Of a DNA stretch of 64,000 nucleotides, positions 10,644-21,118 are shown in pieces. Each line of letters begins with the position of its first letter. The first letter of the stretch is position 1. A program made the position numbers and the translations under genes. The DNA is taken from NCBI GenBank assembly GCA_963674965.2, contig CAXXFL010000007.1, positions 672,001 through 736,000 on the forward strand. The letters run 5' to 3'. The stretch is from a bacterium (GTDB lineage Bacteria > RBG-13-61-14 > DATKZS01). The notes under the pieces were generated by a model that was given only the letters and a program-made list of their open reading frames with translations, searched no databases and was not told the DNA's origin.

Positions 10644-12530
10644 ATGAAAAGGATTGGATTCGTATTAGCTTTAATCGCGGTCGCGGCCGTGTCGGTACCG
10701 GTCCTGGCCCAGACTACTCCCGAGATAGTCAATTACCAGGGCAGGGTCATGGACAACGGTTCGCCTTACAACGGACAGGGCTTTTTCAAGTTCGCCATAT
10801 GCGACGGGGCGGCCTCGAACACCTACTGGTCGAACGACTCGACCAGCGCCGCCTGCGGCGAGCCCACCAACGCGGTCAGCCTGAGCGTCAGCGGCGGCCT
10901 GTACAGCGTGGGCCTGGGCGACGCCACCCTTCCCAACATGAACGTCCTGCCCGCCTCGGTTTTCAGCGGCAGTAACGACGTTTACCTTCAGGTCTGGTTC
11001 GGCGACACCACCGCCTCCCTCGAGGCCCTCGCGCCCATGCAGCGGATCACCAGCGTGGGCTACGCCATGCAGGCCGAGAACGCCCAGACCCTGCAAGGGC
11101 TTCAGCCCAACCAGATCGGCGGCGAGCCCGACGTGGTCATAGTCGACGCGGCCGGACGAGGCGACGCGGCCACCATTACGGCCGGCCTGGCCCTGGCCGG
11201 GGCCATGCCCCCTCCCGTGCTGGTCAAGGTCATCGAGGGGACATACGTCGAGACGGCCCTGGTTATACCCGACAACGTGGCCGTAAGGTGCATGCAGCCG
11301 CAAAGCTGCGTGGTCGACGCCGTCGGCGGTCCGGCCTTTATCGCCGGCAACAATACCCGCGTCGAGGGCTTCGTGATCAGGAACGCCTTGGAGGGCGTTG
11401 TCCTTCCCCCCGGCAACGGCGGGGTCTGGATACGGGACAACCTTTTCCAGGACGACGGGATCGGCGTTTCCCTTTTAGCCGGCGTGACGGCCTGCAGCGA
11501 CGTTATCATCGAGGACAACTATTTCGATACCTTCAGCGGCGACGTGTTCCCCTTCTCCGAGGGCGTCAGAATGACCGCCGTAAACAACCTTTCCATAATA
11601 GACAACGAGTTCTTCTTCATACAGGGGCCGGCCCCCTATGGAATAAATATTTCCAACGGCGTGGGCGCTTTCATCCTTAACAACGACTTTTCCGAGATAC
11701 TCAGTCCCTCGGGCTCCGCCGCCGCCATTAACGTGGACATGATCGAGAACGTCGTCATCGAGGACAACATAGTCGCCCAATGCTCCGCCATGGACTTGCA
11801 GGGCATAGACTTCATGGGAGTCAAGACCGCCGCGGTCCGGGACAACGTCTTCCTGAAGATAAGCGGCGACTCGGTCATGGCCATCCGGGCGGCGGACTCC
11901 GACTTCGTCTCGATCGAGAACAATCAGATCATTGAAGTCAACGCCATGTATGGGTTTGGCGTGTTATTGGAAGAGGTAAGGCGGGTCCGGGTCGTGGACA
12001 ATAATATCACTTACGTCGCGCTCGCCGGCGAGTATTCCTTCAACGACTGGGCCATCAGGTACGTGGCCATGAGCCCGATGCCCATCGAGTTCCTTATCAT
12101 CAAGGACAACGTCATCACCTTCTGCAACAACGGCATTCACCTGGATTACTCCATGCCCGGACAGGAAGGCGCGGGCATGACCGACGAGCAGCTTATCGAG
12201 AGCAACGTGGTAATCAAGGGACCGGGGGAATACGGCAGGGGCATTCTGGTCGATTTCGCCCATACCTCCCAGATTCTGAAGAACAAGGTCAGAAAGTTCG
12301 AGGTGGGGATCGAGGTAGTGGGCGGAAACCCGATGTATCCTCTTGACGTCAATATCATGAGAAACGAATCCACGGGCAACGGCATGGCCGACTTGCTCAT
12401 CTCCTCGACCAGCGGGACCTTCAGGTCTTACTGGAACTACCTCAACGTTTTCCCCAAGGGCGGGATCATTCTTCCCGCCGTCCTCATCCAGAGGCAGGAC
12501 TACGACAACGCGGGCAATCTCAATCCATAA
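10644..12530 (+). CDS. Secreted right-handed beta-helix (NosD/pectin-lyase-like) protein with N-terminal VNYQGR domain
   Basis: Signal peptide, EGTYVE and repeated (I/V)xxN rungs. AAGGAGG RBS before ATG 10644. Confidence 0.75.
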   Translation: MKRIGFVLALIAVAAVSVPVLAQTTPEIVNYQGRVMDNGSPYNGQGFFKFAICDGAASNTYWSNDSTSAACGEPTNAVSLSVSGGLYSVGLGDATLPNMNVLPASVFSGSNDVYLQVWFGDTTASLEALAPMQRITSVGYAMQAENAQTLQGLQPNQIGGEPDVVIVDAAGRGDAATITAGLALAGAMPPPVLVKVIEGTYVETALVIPDNVAVRCMQPQSCVVDAVGGPAFIAGNNTRVEGFVIRNALEGVVLPPGNGGVWIRDNLFQDDGIGVSLLAGVTACSDVIIEDNYFDTFSGDVFPFSEGVRMTAVNNLSIIDNEFFFIQGPAPYGINISNGVGAFILNNDFSEILSPSGSAAAINVDMIENVVIEDNIVAQCSAMDLQGIDFMGVKTAAVRDNVFLKISGDSVMAIRAADSDFVSIENNQIIEVNAMYGFGVLLEEVRRVRVVDNNITYVALAGEYSFNDWAIRYVAMSPMPIEFLIIKDNVITFCNNGIHLDYSMPGQEGAGMTDEQLIESNVVIKGPGEYGRGILVDFAHTSQILKNKVRKFEVGIEVVGGNPMYPLDVNIMRNESTGNGMADLLISSTSGTFRSYWNYLNVFPKGGIILPAVLIQRQDYDNAGNLNP

Positions 12531-12548
12531 AGCAAGCTCCCAGCGGGC

Positions 12549-12585
12549 AAAGCGCGGGCCTTTGCGGGTCCGCGCTTTCGTTTTT
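12549..12585 (+). terminator. Rho-independent terminator
   Basis: AAAGCGCGGGCC-TTTGCG-GGTCCGCGCTTT stem-loop followed by a T run, just after the stop. Confidence 0.75.
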
Positions 12586-12840
12586 ATGGACTCGATCGTA
12601 AAATGGACCGACATGAGAAAACCAAGAAAATCCCTCTCGGCCTCATGTCCTCGAGAGAAGACCGCGGATCGAGCGTTCCTCTCCTATATGGATAGCTCCT
12701 TGCCGGCTAAAGTGTTAACATATTTCGGGGGGAAACTGAATTTCCATATTGGGGATTGAACTCCCGTTCACGGCTTGATATATAATACTACTGGCCGGAT
12801 CGGCAAGGTTTGACCGGCCGGCGAGGAAGGAGGACATGTT

Positions 12841-13065
12841 ATGAAAAGTCAGTTCTGGTCCACCATCTTGAGCTTCATTCTGCCGGGAATCGGCCAGATA
12901 TATAACGGCGACTGGCTGAGAGGGATTTTCTGGCTTATCGTGACCCCCGGGTTCTGGATAGGAAGCGGGGGCACGCTCGGCTGGATATGCCACCTCATCG
13001 CGGCTTACACCGCCTACAAGAGGACCGAGGAGATCAACCTTTTTCGCTCATACGCCGGGTTCTGA
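12841..13065 (+). CDS. Small membrane protein (TM2/DUF5683-like)
   Basis: LSFILPGIGQIYNG motif, hydrophobic, AGGAGG RBS. Confidence 0.7.
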   Translation: MKSQFWSTILSFILPGIGQIYNGDWLRGIFWLIVTPGFWIGSGGTLGWICHLIAAYTAYKRTEEINLFRSYAGF

Positions 13066-13108
13066 GATTTCTTGCAATACGGCTGTTTTATTTAATGGGA
13101 GGTTTTGA

Positions 13109-15844
13109 ATGAAAAGGCTATTTTTCGGGGGCTTCATGGCGGCCGCTCTCATGCTCGTCGGGACGGCGGCCCTGGCGGCCGACCTGCTCGCCAGCCCCTA
13201 CCAGGCGACGATAGCGGTCAAGCAGTACGAGGCCAAGCTGAAGGAAGCCGGCGTTTCACCGGACGAGCTCGAGGTGTTCTCGATAGGCCAGTCCCATATC
13301 GACGCGGCCTGGAAATGGCGCCTGTCGCAGACCCATACCAAGGTATACAACACCTACGGCCAGGCGGCCGAGCACATGGACGAGTACCCCGACTTCCGTT
13401 TCTCGGGAAGCTCTCCGCAATATTACGAGTGGCTCCTGGACGAGCACCCCGAGGTCTTCCAGAAGATAGTCGAGAAGGAGGCAAAGGGACAGTGGGAGAT
13501 CGTGGGCGGCATGTGGGTCGAGCCCGACGGCAACATGCCCGACGGCGAGTCCTTTACTCGGCAGCGACTTTTGGGCCAGCTTTTTTACAAGGAGCACTTC
13601 GGACATATCTCCGAGGTGAGCTGGCTGCTGGACAGCTTCGGCTATAACCTCAACTATCCCCAGATCGTGTCCAAGTCCGGCGCCAAGTACATGTGGACCA
13701 ACAAGCTTACCTGGAACGACACCACCATCTTTCCCTTCCACCATTTCCGCTGGCGCTCTCCCGACGGCTCCGAGGTCTTGACCTACATCTGCCAGCATTC
13801 TCCCATGCCCATGTACTTCCCCTACTCCGAGTTGGGAAAGTACAGGGACACGAGAAGGATGCTTAAGCCCGGAGCCGAGCTGGTGGCCAACTACTCGACC
13901 CCGAAACATGTCATCGACGAGGCCATGAGCCAGGACCTGGTGAACGTGATCGGCGTGTTCTACGGCCTGGGCGACGGCGGTCTGGGTCCCCGCGAGATCG
14001 AGATACGCGTGCAAGAGGGTCTGGCCCGGGAGGGATACGTAAAACCCGGAAGCGGCCTCGAGCTTTTCCAGGCCATGGAGAAGTGCAAGGACCGGATGCC
14101 GGTGTGGAACGACGAGATGTACCTCGAGTTCCATCGCGGGGTCCTAACCACCCAGGCGTGGATTAAAAGGGCCAACCGGGAGGCCGAGCAGAAGGCCAGG
14201 TCCGCCGAGACCATAAGGAGCATGCTCCAGGTGATGGGGGTCAAGTATCCTTACGAGGGCCTGAAAAAAATCTGGAAGCTCATCCTCCTCAACCAGTTCC
14301 ACGACATCCTGCCCGGGTCGTCCATACCCGAGGTCTACCAGGACGCCAGGCCCCATTACAAGCTGATAAATGACACCCTGGACGACGTGACCTTCGGCGG
14401 ACTGCGCGAGCTGTCCGAGATGATCAAGACCAACCCGCCGTCCAAGGACATGGACTCGATCCTGGTTTTCAACTCCCTGGGATGGGATCGAGACGGCCTG
14501 GTCCGGCTCGAGGTCCCCTCCGGCAAGAGCTACAAGGTGGTGGATAAAAACGGCGGCGCGGTCAAGAGCCAGGAACTCGAGCGCGAGGGCGTGACTTACC
14601 TGGTGTTCCGGGCCAAGGACGTGCCCAGCGTGGGCTACAAGACCTACTACGCCAAGGAAGTGGAGGCGCCCGCCACCGGCGAAGGCCCGGCCATAAGCGA
14701 GGACGGCGAGGGCTTCACGATGGAGAACGAGTTCGTGAAGGTCTTCATCGACAAGAAGCAGGGCTGGATCAGGTCTCTTGTCAACAAGGAAACGGGCAAC
14801 GAGTACATCCGGGAGGGGGCCAACAAGATCGGGGCTTATTACGACAAGCCCGCCGCCTACTCCGCCTGGAATATCGACAAGGACTACTTAAAGCATCCCT
14901 TCGATATACCCGAGGCCTCGAGGGTCGAGGTCACCAGCCGGGGTCCCCTTTGGAGCGAGATACTGCTGGCCCGGGAAATCGTGACCGACGGCAGGAGGAC
15001 AACCTTCGAGCAGCGCGTGAGACTGGTGGAGGGCGACCCGGTGGTCTACCTCGACCTCGACTCCGACTTCCATATGTGGGACACCCTGGTAAAGGTCGAG
15101 TTCGACACCGTGCTCCACTCGAACACCGTGGCCGCGGACGGCCCTTACCTCGTGGTCGAGAGACCCACCCATCCCCAGACCGAGGCGGAAAAGGCCCGCT
15201 GGGAAATGCCCTGCCACAAGTGGATAGACCTCTCCACCGGCGAGGGCGGGCTGGCCCTTTTAAACAACGGCAAGTACGGCTTCTCCCTCAACGAGTGGGG
15301 CACCGGCTACCGCCTCTCCGTGATCAAGGGGGCGAGATACCCCCGGGCCAACCCCGAGGCCAGGGACGTCAAGCACCATTACTACTCGTGGCCCATTCCC
15401 ACCGGCTACACCGACCAGGGAGCGCAGCATGCCGAGATGGGACTTCTGGCCCACAAGGGCGGCTGGCGCGAGGCCAAGCTGTGGGAGGCGGGCTACAACT
15501 TCAACGCGCCCATGGAGGCCATCTGGACCACGGACGGCGGGACCAAGCTGGGCGAGCGGGGCTCGTTCCTGACGGTCAACTCGAAATCCGTCTATCTCGG
15601 GTCGGTTAAAAGAGCGGAGGAGGACGGCGACCTGGTCATCCGCCTGGTCGAGGCCGCGGGCAAGGGCGACACGGCCGTGCTTCACTTCGGCGAGGGCTTC
15701 CAGGCAACGGAGGCCTCGTCCACCGACCTGCTCGAGATGCACCCCGAGACCATTCCCATCGAGGACGGGGCCATGCTGAGAGTCGGGGTCAAACCCTACG
15801 AGATCAAGACGGTCAAACTCAAGATGAACATGATCGACATGTAA
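13109..15844 (+). CDS. Glycoside hydrolase family 38 alpha-mannosidase, exported
   Basis: SHIDAAWKW, GGMWVEPD, DSFG, YLEFHRG and NQFHDILPGSSI motifs. Signal peptide. Confidence 0.92.
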   Translation: MKRLFFGGFMAAALMLVGTAALAADLLASPYQATIAVKQYEAKLKEAGVSPDELEVFSIGQSHIDAAWKWRLSQTHTKVYNTYGQAAEHMDEYPDFRFSGSSPQYYEWLLDEHPEVFQKIVEKEAKGQWEIVGGMWVEPDGNMPDGESFTRQRLLGQLFYKEHFGHISEVSWLLDSFGYNLNYPQIVSKSGAKYMWTNKLTWNDTTIFPFHHFRWRSPDGSEVLTYICQHSPMPMYFPYSELGKYRDTRRMLKPGAELVANYSTPKHVIDEAMSQDLVNVIGVFYGLGDGGLGPREIEIRVQEGLAREGYVKPGSGLELFQAMEKCKDRMPVWNDEMYLEFHRGVLTTQAWIKRANREAEQKARSAETIRSMLQVMGVKYPYEGLKKIWKLILLNQFHDILPGSSIPEVYQDARPHYKLINDTLDDVTFGGLRELSEMIKTNPPSKDMDSILVFNSLGWDRDGLVRLEVPSGKSYKVVDKNGGAVKSQELEREGVTYLVFRAKDVPSVGYKTYYAKEVEAPATGEGPAISEDGEGFTMENEFVKVFIDKKQGWIRSLVNKETGNEYIREGANKIGAYYDKPAAYSAWNIDKDYLKHPFDIPEASRVEVTSRGPLWSEILLAREIVTDGRRTTFEQRVRLVEGDPVVYLDLDSDFHMWDTLVKVEFDTVLHSNTVAADGPYLVVERPTHPQTEAEKARWEMPCHKWIDLSTGEGGLALLNNGKYGFSLNEWGTGYRLSVIKGARYPRANPEARDVKHHYYSWPIPTGYTDQGAQHAEMGLLAHKGGWREAKLWEAGYNFNAPMEAIWTTDGGTKLGERGSFLTVNSKSVYLGSVKRAEEDGDLVIRLVEAAGKGDTAVLHFGEGFQATEASSTDLLEMHPETIPIEDGAMLRVGVKPYEIKTVKLKMNMIDM

Positions 15845-15866
15845 CGATCGGACCATGAACGACAAG

Positions 15867-15892
15867 GGGCGGTCCGGGTGGCCGCCCTTTTT
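15867..15892 (+). terminator. Rho-independent terminator
   Basis: GGGCGGTC-CGGGT-GGCCGCCC followed by TTTTT. Confidence 0.75.
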
Positions 15893-16016
15893 CTTGACGC
15901 CCCGCTCGGGAGTCTCCCGGCGCCGGACGGCCAAACTTATACCAATTTTAATTTTTTCTCGCCTTGGCCGTTTTAAATCTTTTTTATTGTGATATAATAC
16001 TACGCTCGGGAGCAGT

Positions 16017-17243
16017 ATGCAGGAAGTCAAAATTATCGGGGTGGGGTTGACCCCGTTCGGGAAATTTCTCGATCGTTCTCTCAAGGACCTGGCCAGGGAA
16101 GCGGTTGAAAACGCCCTGGACGACGCGGGAGTTTCCTCGATGGACGTGCAGGCCGCCTTCGTGGCCAACAGCATGGCCGGCCTTATCACGGGACAGGAGT
16201 GCATAAGGGGCCAGGTCATGCTCCGGCCCATGGGCATGGGCGACATACCGGTCATCAACGTCGAGAACGCCTGCGCCTCCTCCACCACCGCCCTTTACCT
16301 GGCCTGGATGGCCGTGGGCTCGGGACAGTTCGACGCCGTGCTGGTCCTGGGGGTGGAGAAGCTCTACCACGCCGACCGCTCGCGAAGCTACCAGGCCATC
16401 GCCTCCAGCATGGACCTCGAGCAAATCCAGGACTGGCTCGTCATCAAGGAACAGGAACAGCAGATGAACGGCATCCGGCCCGGCCAGAAAAGGACCCGGG
16501 ACAGGAGCGTGTTCATGGACTTTTACGCCATGGGGGCCCGCGTTCACATGGCCAAGTACGGGACCACGGTCGAGCAGCTCGCGGCCCTTTCGGCCAAGAA
16601 CCATTACCACGGCTCGCTTAACCCCTACGCCCGGTATCACAAGGTCTACACGATGGACGAGATATTGAACGCGCCCCTCGTGGCGTATCCTCTCACCAGG
16701 CTCATGTGCTCCCCCATTGGCGACGGGGCCGGCGCGGCCATAGTCTGCTCGGCCGATTACGCCAGGGCCCGCGGCAAGACCGACGCCGTGAGCGTCCGCT
16801 CGATCTGCCTGGCCTCCGGCGTGGACCGCCAGGTGGAGGAACCCGACATAACCAGCCGCGTGGGCGGAAGGGCCTTCGAGCTGTCGGGCGTCGGCCCGGA
16901 GGACGTGGACGTGGCCGAGCTTCACGACGCCACCGCCTTTGGCGAGCTTTCCGCCGCCGAGGAGCTGGGGTTTTGCCCCCGGGGCGAGGGCGGCCGCTTC
17001 GCTGAGGAGGGCCACTCGAGGCTGGGCGGCAAGCTGCCCATCAACACCTCGGGCGGGCTCGAGTCGAGAGGACATCCCCTGGCCGCCACGGGCGTGGCCC
17101 AGGTGGCCGAACTGGTCAGGCAGCTACAGGGCAAAGCCGGGCTGCGCCAGGTCGAGAACGCCAAGGTGGGACTGGCCCAGAACGGCGGCGGCGCCATCGG
17201 CCTCGAGGCCGCGGTTATGGCCGTAACTATCCTTACTTGTTGA
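16017..17243 (+). CDS. Thiolase family protein (SCP2/lipid-transfer type)
   Basis: ENACASS, ELHDA and GGLESRGHPLAATG motifs. Confidence 0.9.
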   Translation: MQEVKIIGVGLTPFGKFLDRSLKDLAREAVENALDDAGVSSMDVQAAFVANSMAGLITGQECIRGQVMLRPMGMGDIPVINVENACASSTTALYLAWMAVGSGQFDAVLVLGVEKLYHADRSRSYQAIASSMDLEQIQDWLVIKEQEQQMNGIRPGQKRTRDRSVFMDFYAMGARVHMAKYGTTVEQLAALSAKNHYHGSLNPYARYHKVYTMDEILNAPLVAYPLTRLMCSPIGDGAGAAIVCSADYARARGKTDAVSVRSICLASGVDRQVEEPDITSRVGGRAFELSGVGPEDVDVAELHDATAFGELSAAEELGFCPRGEGGRFAEEGHSRLGGKLPINTSGGLESRGHPLAATGVAQVAELVRQLQGKAGLRQVENAKVGLAQNGGGAIGLEAAVMAVTILTC

Positions 17244-17344
17244 TCTTTTAACTTCTTCAACGCGCGCGTCCGTTTCATTTTCCACTTGAAGTTCCCATAC
17301 CGGCCTTTGACTGCCGGGGAAGGCCGAGCTAAAATATTGTCAAG

Positions 17345-17503
17345 CGTCAAGGTTAGCCCCTCGGGGCTGGAAAGGGAATCCGGTGAAAATCCGGAGCTGT
17401 CCCGCAACTGTAATGGAGGAGCCCGGCCCGAAACGCCACTGGGATTATCCTGGGAAGGCGTGGCCGTAAGCGAAGATACCTGAGCCAGGAAACCTGCCTT
17501 GCC
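17345..17503 (+). promoter_or_regulatory. Cobalamin (B12) riboswitch
   Basis: AAAGGGAATCCGGTGAAAATCCGGAGCTGTCCCGCAACTGT, GCCACTGG, GGGAAG and B12-box GAGCCAGGAAACCTGCC, upstream of a TonB-dependent receptor. Confidence 0.95.
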
Positions 17504-17539
17504 GCCAATGTCCTGAACCTCGCGTGAAAGGAGAAGGCA

Positions 17540-19678
17540 TTGCCCAGCGAGATTATACCTGTTGTCGAACGTATCGGGAAGTTAATCTTCATCATCCAGC
17601 CGACCGCGAAAAAGGCCCCCCTCGCGGTGGCCGCGGCCCTGGTCCTTTTATTCCTCTCGATGGCCGCCCCGGTCCGCGCCCAAGACGAGGCCTCCGGCGA
17701 GGGGGAGGAATACCTCGAGGACGAGCTCGAGATCGATCTCGACCCCATCGTGGTGGAGGGAGACGCGGTCATCAGCGAGCGGGAGGTCGAGAACCCCACC
17801 AAGTTCATGACCGTAATCGACACGTCCGACTCGAGCGGAAGGGTGGACACGGTGTCCGACGTTTTAAGCGACTCGGTGGGGGTACAGGTCAACCAATGGG
17901 GAGGCCTGGGCAGTTTCGCCACCGTCAGCATCAGGGGCTCGTCCCCCAGCCAGGTCCAGGTTTACGTGGACGGAATTCCCCTCAACCGGGCCCGGACGGG
18001 AATCGCCAACATAGGCGACCTGCCCCTCGAGGACGTCGAGTATATCGAGGTCTTCAGGGGCTTCACGCCCGCCGACTTCGGTTCCTCCGGGATCGGAGGC
18101 GTGGTCAACCTCGTCACCAAAAGCGGCAAGGAAAAATCCGCCGTCACCAGCGCGTCCTATGGAAGCTACGACACCTACAAGGCCCTGGCCTCGGCCTCGG
18201 GACCGGTCGGACCCGTCAGCGTCATGGTCTTCGGCGAGTACATGCAAAGTCAGGGGGACTACGATTACGTCAACGACAACGGCACGCCCCTCAACGCGTC
18301 CGACGACTTCGAGGAAACGAGAAGGAACAACGACTTCGCCTCCGCCGACCTGACCCTTCGCGTCTCGGGAGACGCGGGGAACTGGAAGCTGGACGCCGTG
18401 GCCATGGCCCACGACAAGGACCAGGGACTGCCGGGTCTCCAAAGCATGCAGGCCGAGCATACCCGGCTGGAGACGGACCGGCTTTCCTCCACCCTTTCCG
18501 CCCGGAACCGGGGCCTTTTGGGGGGCCGTTTCGACCTGACCCTGGCGGCCGACGGCTTCATGGAGGACCAGCTTTACGACGATCCCTACGGCGAGGTCGG
18601 GCTGGGCGGTCCTCGCAGGACCGAGAACCAGATGAGGACTTACGGCGCCCGGGCCAAGTCAACCATCCGCCTGCTGGAGGACGACCTCATCCTGACCGGC
18701 TTCACCGAGTATCGGGAGGAAACCTACCAGGCCCTGGACAAGCTGAACGGACTGGACGGCCGGCTGCAGAAAAGGGACCTTTGGACCAACGTCTTCCAGG
18801 TCGAGGCGACCGAGCCCACCGGCTTCATCACCGTGCAGGCCGCGGTTAGAAACGAGCAGTACTGGAACGACCTGGAGGGCGATCCCTTCTTCGTCTGGTC
18901 CAGCCAGGCGGGCGAGAACAAGGACTACCTGAACCTGACCAACCCGTCGGTGGGACTATTGGCCCGGCTGACCGACGACCTTCGCTTCAAGGCCAACGCG
19001 GGGCAGTACCACCGGGTCCCGACCTTTTACGAGCTGTTCGGGGACAGGGGCGTGGCCGTGGGCAACACGGACCTCAAGCCGGAAAAGGGGGTCAACTGGG
19101 ACGTGGGACTTTCCTACCGGGGCGAGGGAAACGAGGCGGTAAGCGACCCCTTCGTCGAGTACGCCTTTTTCCAGAGCCGCGTCGAGGACCTGATCCTGTT
19201 CTTCCAGAACAGCCAGCGCACGGTTAGGGCCATGAACATAGGCGAGGCCCTGATCGGAGGCCACGAGATAGCATTCGGCCTGCGGCTTTACCGTAACGTC
19301 AAGATCACCGGCAACTACACGCTGCAGAGCGCGGTGGACCTGGGCGAGGTGGACTACTACTACTACAACGCCCTTCCCCACCGGCCCATGCACGAGGCGT
19401 ACGGCAAAGTCGAGGTCCTGGCGCCCAACGACCCATTGAAAATCTGGGTGGACGGGAGCTATATAAGCGGCAACTACTGGGACCGGGCCAACCTCTACGA
19501 GGTGGAGGACAGGCGGATCGTGAACCTGGGGATAACCTGCGAGATATTCCGCCGGGACAAGCGCTTTATCGAGGTCACCCTCGAGGCCAAGAACATGACC
19601 GACGACCGCGTCTCCGACGTGGCCGGATACCCCCTCCCCGGCCGGAGCGCCTTTATCACGCTTCAGGCCGGCTTATAA
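17540..19678 (+). CDS. btuB: TonB-dependent receptor, probable cobalamin transporter
   Basis: Plug motifs SIRGS..QVQVYVDGIP, IEVFRG and GGVVNLVT, plus LKPE and GYPLPGR C-terminus. Under a B12 riboswitch. Start uncertain. Confidence 0.85.
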   Translation: MPSEIIPVVERIGKLIFIIQPTAKKAPLAVAAALVLLFLSMAAPVRAQDEASGEGEEYLEDELEIDLDPIVVEGDAVISEREVENPTKFMTVIDTSDSSGRVDTVSDVLSDSVGVQVNQWGGLGSFATVSIRGSSPSQVQVYVDGIPLNRARTGIANIGDLPLEDVEYIEVFRGFTPADFGSSGIGGVVNLVTKSGKEKSAVTSASYGSYDTYKALASASGPVGPVSVMVFGEYMQSQGDYDYVNDNGTPLNASDDFEETRRNNDFASADLTLRVSGDAGNWKLDAVAMAHDKDQGLPGLQSMQAEHTRLETDRLSSTLSARNRGLLGGRFDLTLAADGFMEDQLYDDPYGEVGLGGPRRTENQMRTYGARAKSTIRLLEDDLILTGFTEYREETYQALDKLNGLDGRLQKRDLWTNVFQVEATEPTGFITVQAAVRNEQYWNDLEGDPFFVWSSQAGENKDYLNLTNPSVGLLARLTDDLRFKANAGQYHRVPTFYELFGDRGVAVGNTDLKPEKGVNWDVGLSYRGEGNEAVSDPFVEYAFFQSRVEDLILFFQNSQRTVRAMNIGEALIGGHEIAFGLRLYRNVKITGNYTLQSAVDLGEVDYYYYNALPHRPMHEAYGKVEVLAPNDPLKIWVDGSYISGNYWDRANLYEVEDRRIVNLGITCEIFRRDKRFIEVTLEAKNMTDDRVSDVAGYPLPGRSAFITLQAGL

Positions 19679-19689
19679 GGAACCCGAAC

Positions 19690-20898
19690 ATGGCCAATAA
19701 AATAAAACTTAGCGCGGCGATCATGGCGTCGTTGTCCCTATCCATGCTCCTTTGCTCGAGTTGCCTTATTTTCCCCGACCCTCGCGGCAACCTCCCCGAG
19801 GAGGGGGGCGACAAGCCCGCGTCCGGCTTCGCCTTCGTGGCCACGACCGACTACAGCCTTTCCGGCGGATTCGGCGTGGTGGACCTTGACTCTCTCTCGA
19901 CCTACATCCCGGACGCGGTGGAGGCCTCGAGGATAGTAAGCCCGGACCCGGTGGTCAGGGTCCATGGAGACTATATCTTCGTCATCAACCGGTTCGGCAA
20001 CGACAATATTACCGTGCTCGACCGGGAGTACGGGGTGGTCAACCAGTACGCGATACCGGGGTGCGAGTTTTACGGGATCGAGTATCCGGCCAACCCTCAC
20101 GACCTGGCCTTTGTAAGCGACGACAAGGCCTACCTCACCCGCTACGGGTGCAAGGACCTGTGGATACTCAACCCGGTGACGGGAGAGCGCCTCGACTCGA
20201 TCGACCTGTACGACGAGGGATACCAGGACGCCGACGAAAGACCCGAGATGAGCGGCATGCTCCTCCACGGCGAGAGCCTCTACGTGGCCGTGCAGCTTCT
20301 CGACCGGTTCGCGCCCGGAGAAAAGTGGCCGCCCGCGGGGGAGAGCTTCCTCGTCGTCATCGATACCGCCACCGACCGGGTCGTGGCCGACGTGCTTCTG
20401 ACCGGGACCAACCCGGTCACCGACGTCGAGTACAGCGCCGAACTGGACCGCATACTGGTGGGATGCGCGGGCAAGTACTACGAGTCCGAAGACGGAGGAG
20501 GCGGCATCGAGTCAATCGACCCGGCTACGGCCATGTCCGAGGGATTTGTCATCGACGAGGAAACCATGGGAGGCGATATAGGAGATTTCGCGGTCGCCTC
20601 CGCCGAGAGGGCCTACGCCACCATTGGCGACCTGGACTTCCGATCCACCTTGATCGCCTTCAACCCCTCGACGGGGACCGTGCTTAACGACAACGTGTAC
20701 ACCTCCGCGGCCGGGTTCGTGTTGTGGGACATAGCCCTCGCCTCGAACGGCCGCCTCCTCGTGTGCGACAGGAACGCCACCGACCCGGGGCTGGTCGTGA
20801 TCGACATCAACGACTCGGACGCCCTCTTGACGCCCGGCGGTCCCATTTACCTTGGACTTCCGCCCTTTTCCATCGCCCTCGTCGAGGAGGCGCCCTAG
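19690..20898 (+). CDS. YncE-like beta-propeller lipoprotein, possible B12-binding surface protein
   Basis: Cys lipobox, FVINRFG, NPHDLAFVSDDKAYLTRY propeller repeats. Directly downstream of btuB. Confidence 0.7.
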   Translation: MANKIKLSAAIMASLSLSMLLCSSCLIFPDPRGNLPEEGGDKPASGFAFVATTDYSLSGGFGVVDLDSLSTYIPDAVEASRIVSPDPVVRVHGDYIFVINRFGNDNITVLDREYGVVNQYAIPGCEFYGIEYPANPHDLAFVSDDKAYLTRYGCKDLWILNPVTGERLDSIDLYDEGYQDADERPEMSGMLLHGESLYVAVQLLDRFAPGEKWPPAGESFLVVIDTATDRVVADVLLTGTNPVTDVEYSAELDRILVGCAGKYYESEDGGGGIESIDPATAMSEGFVIDEETMGGDIGDFAVASAERAYATIGDLDFRSTLIAFNPSTGTVLNDNVYTSAAGFVLWDIALASNGRLLVCDRNATDPGLVVIDINDSDALLTPGGPIYLGLPPFSIALVEEAP

Positions 20899-20962
20899 CC
20901 CCTAAAGCTTGACGGCCTGACCCAAGCGCGACGATTTATAGGCGGCCTCCACTATGCGCATG
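20891..20962 (-). repeat. Displaced duplicate of the Gfo/Idh/MocA 3' end (72-bp direct repeat, copy 1)
   Basis: 65/72 identical to 22386-22457. Encodes MRIVEAAYKSSRLGQAVKL*. Confidence 0.9.
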
Positions 20963-21118
20963 GCCCGGCCGGGTAACACTGGGTGACCCGTCCGGTTTCG
21001 CGGAAACCGCGCGGGTCTCGCGTAGCGGGATGGGCAGCCCGAGCCCCTGGGTGGCACATGGTCCCGAACAACAGGTAACCGTTGCCCTCAGGCGTGTGAC
21101 CTCCGGCGTAACCCATAG

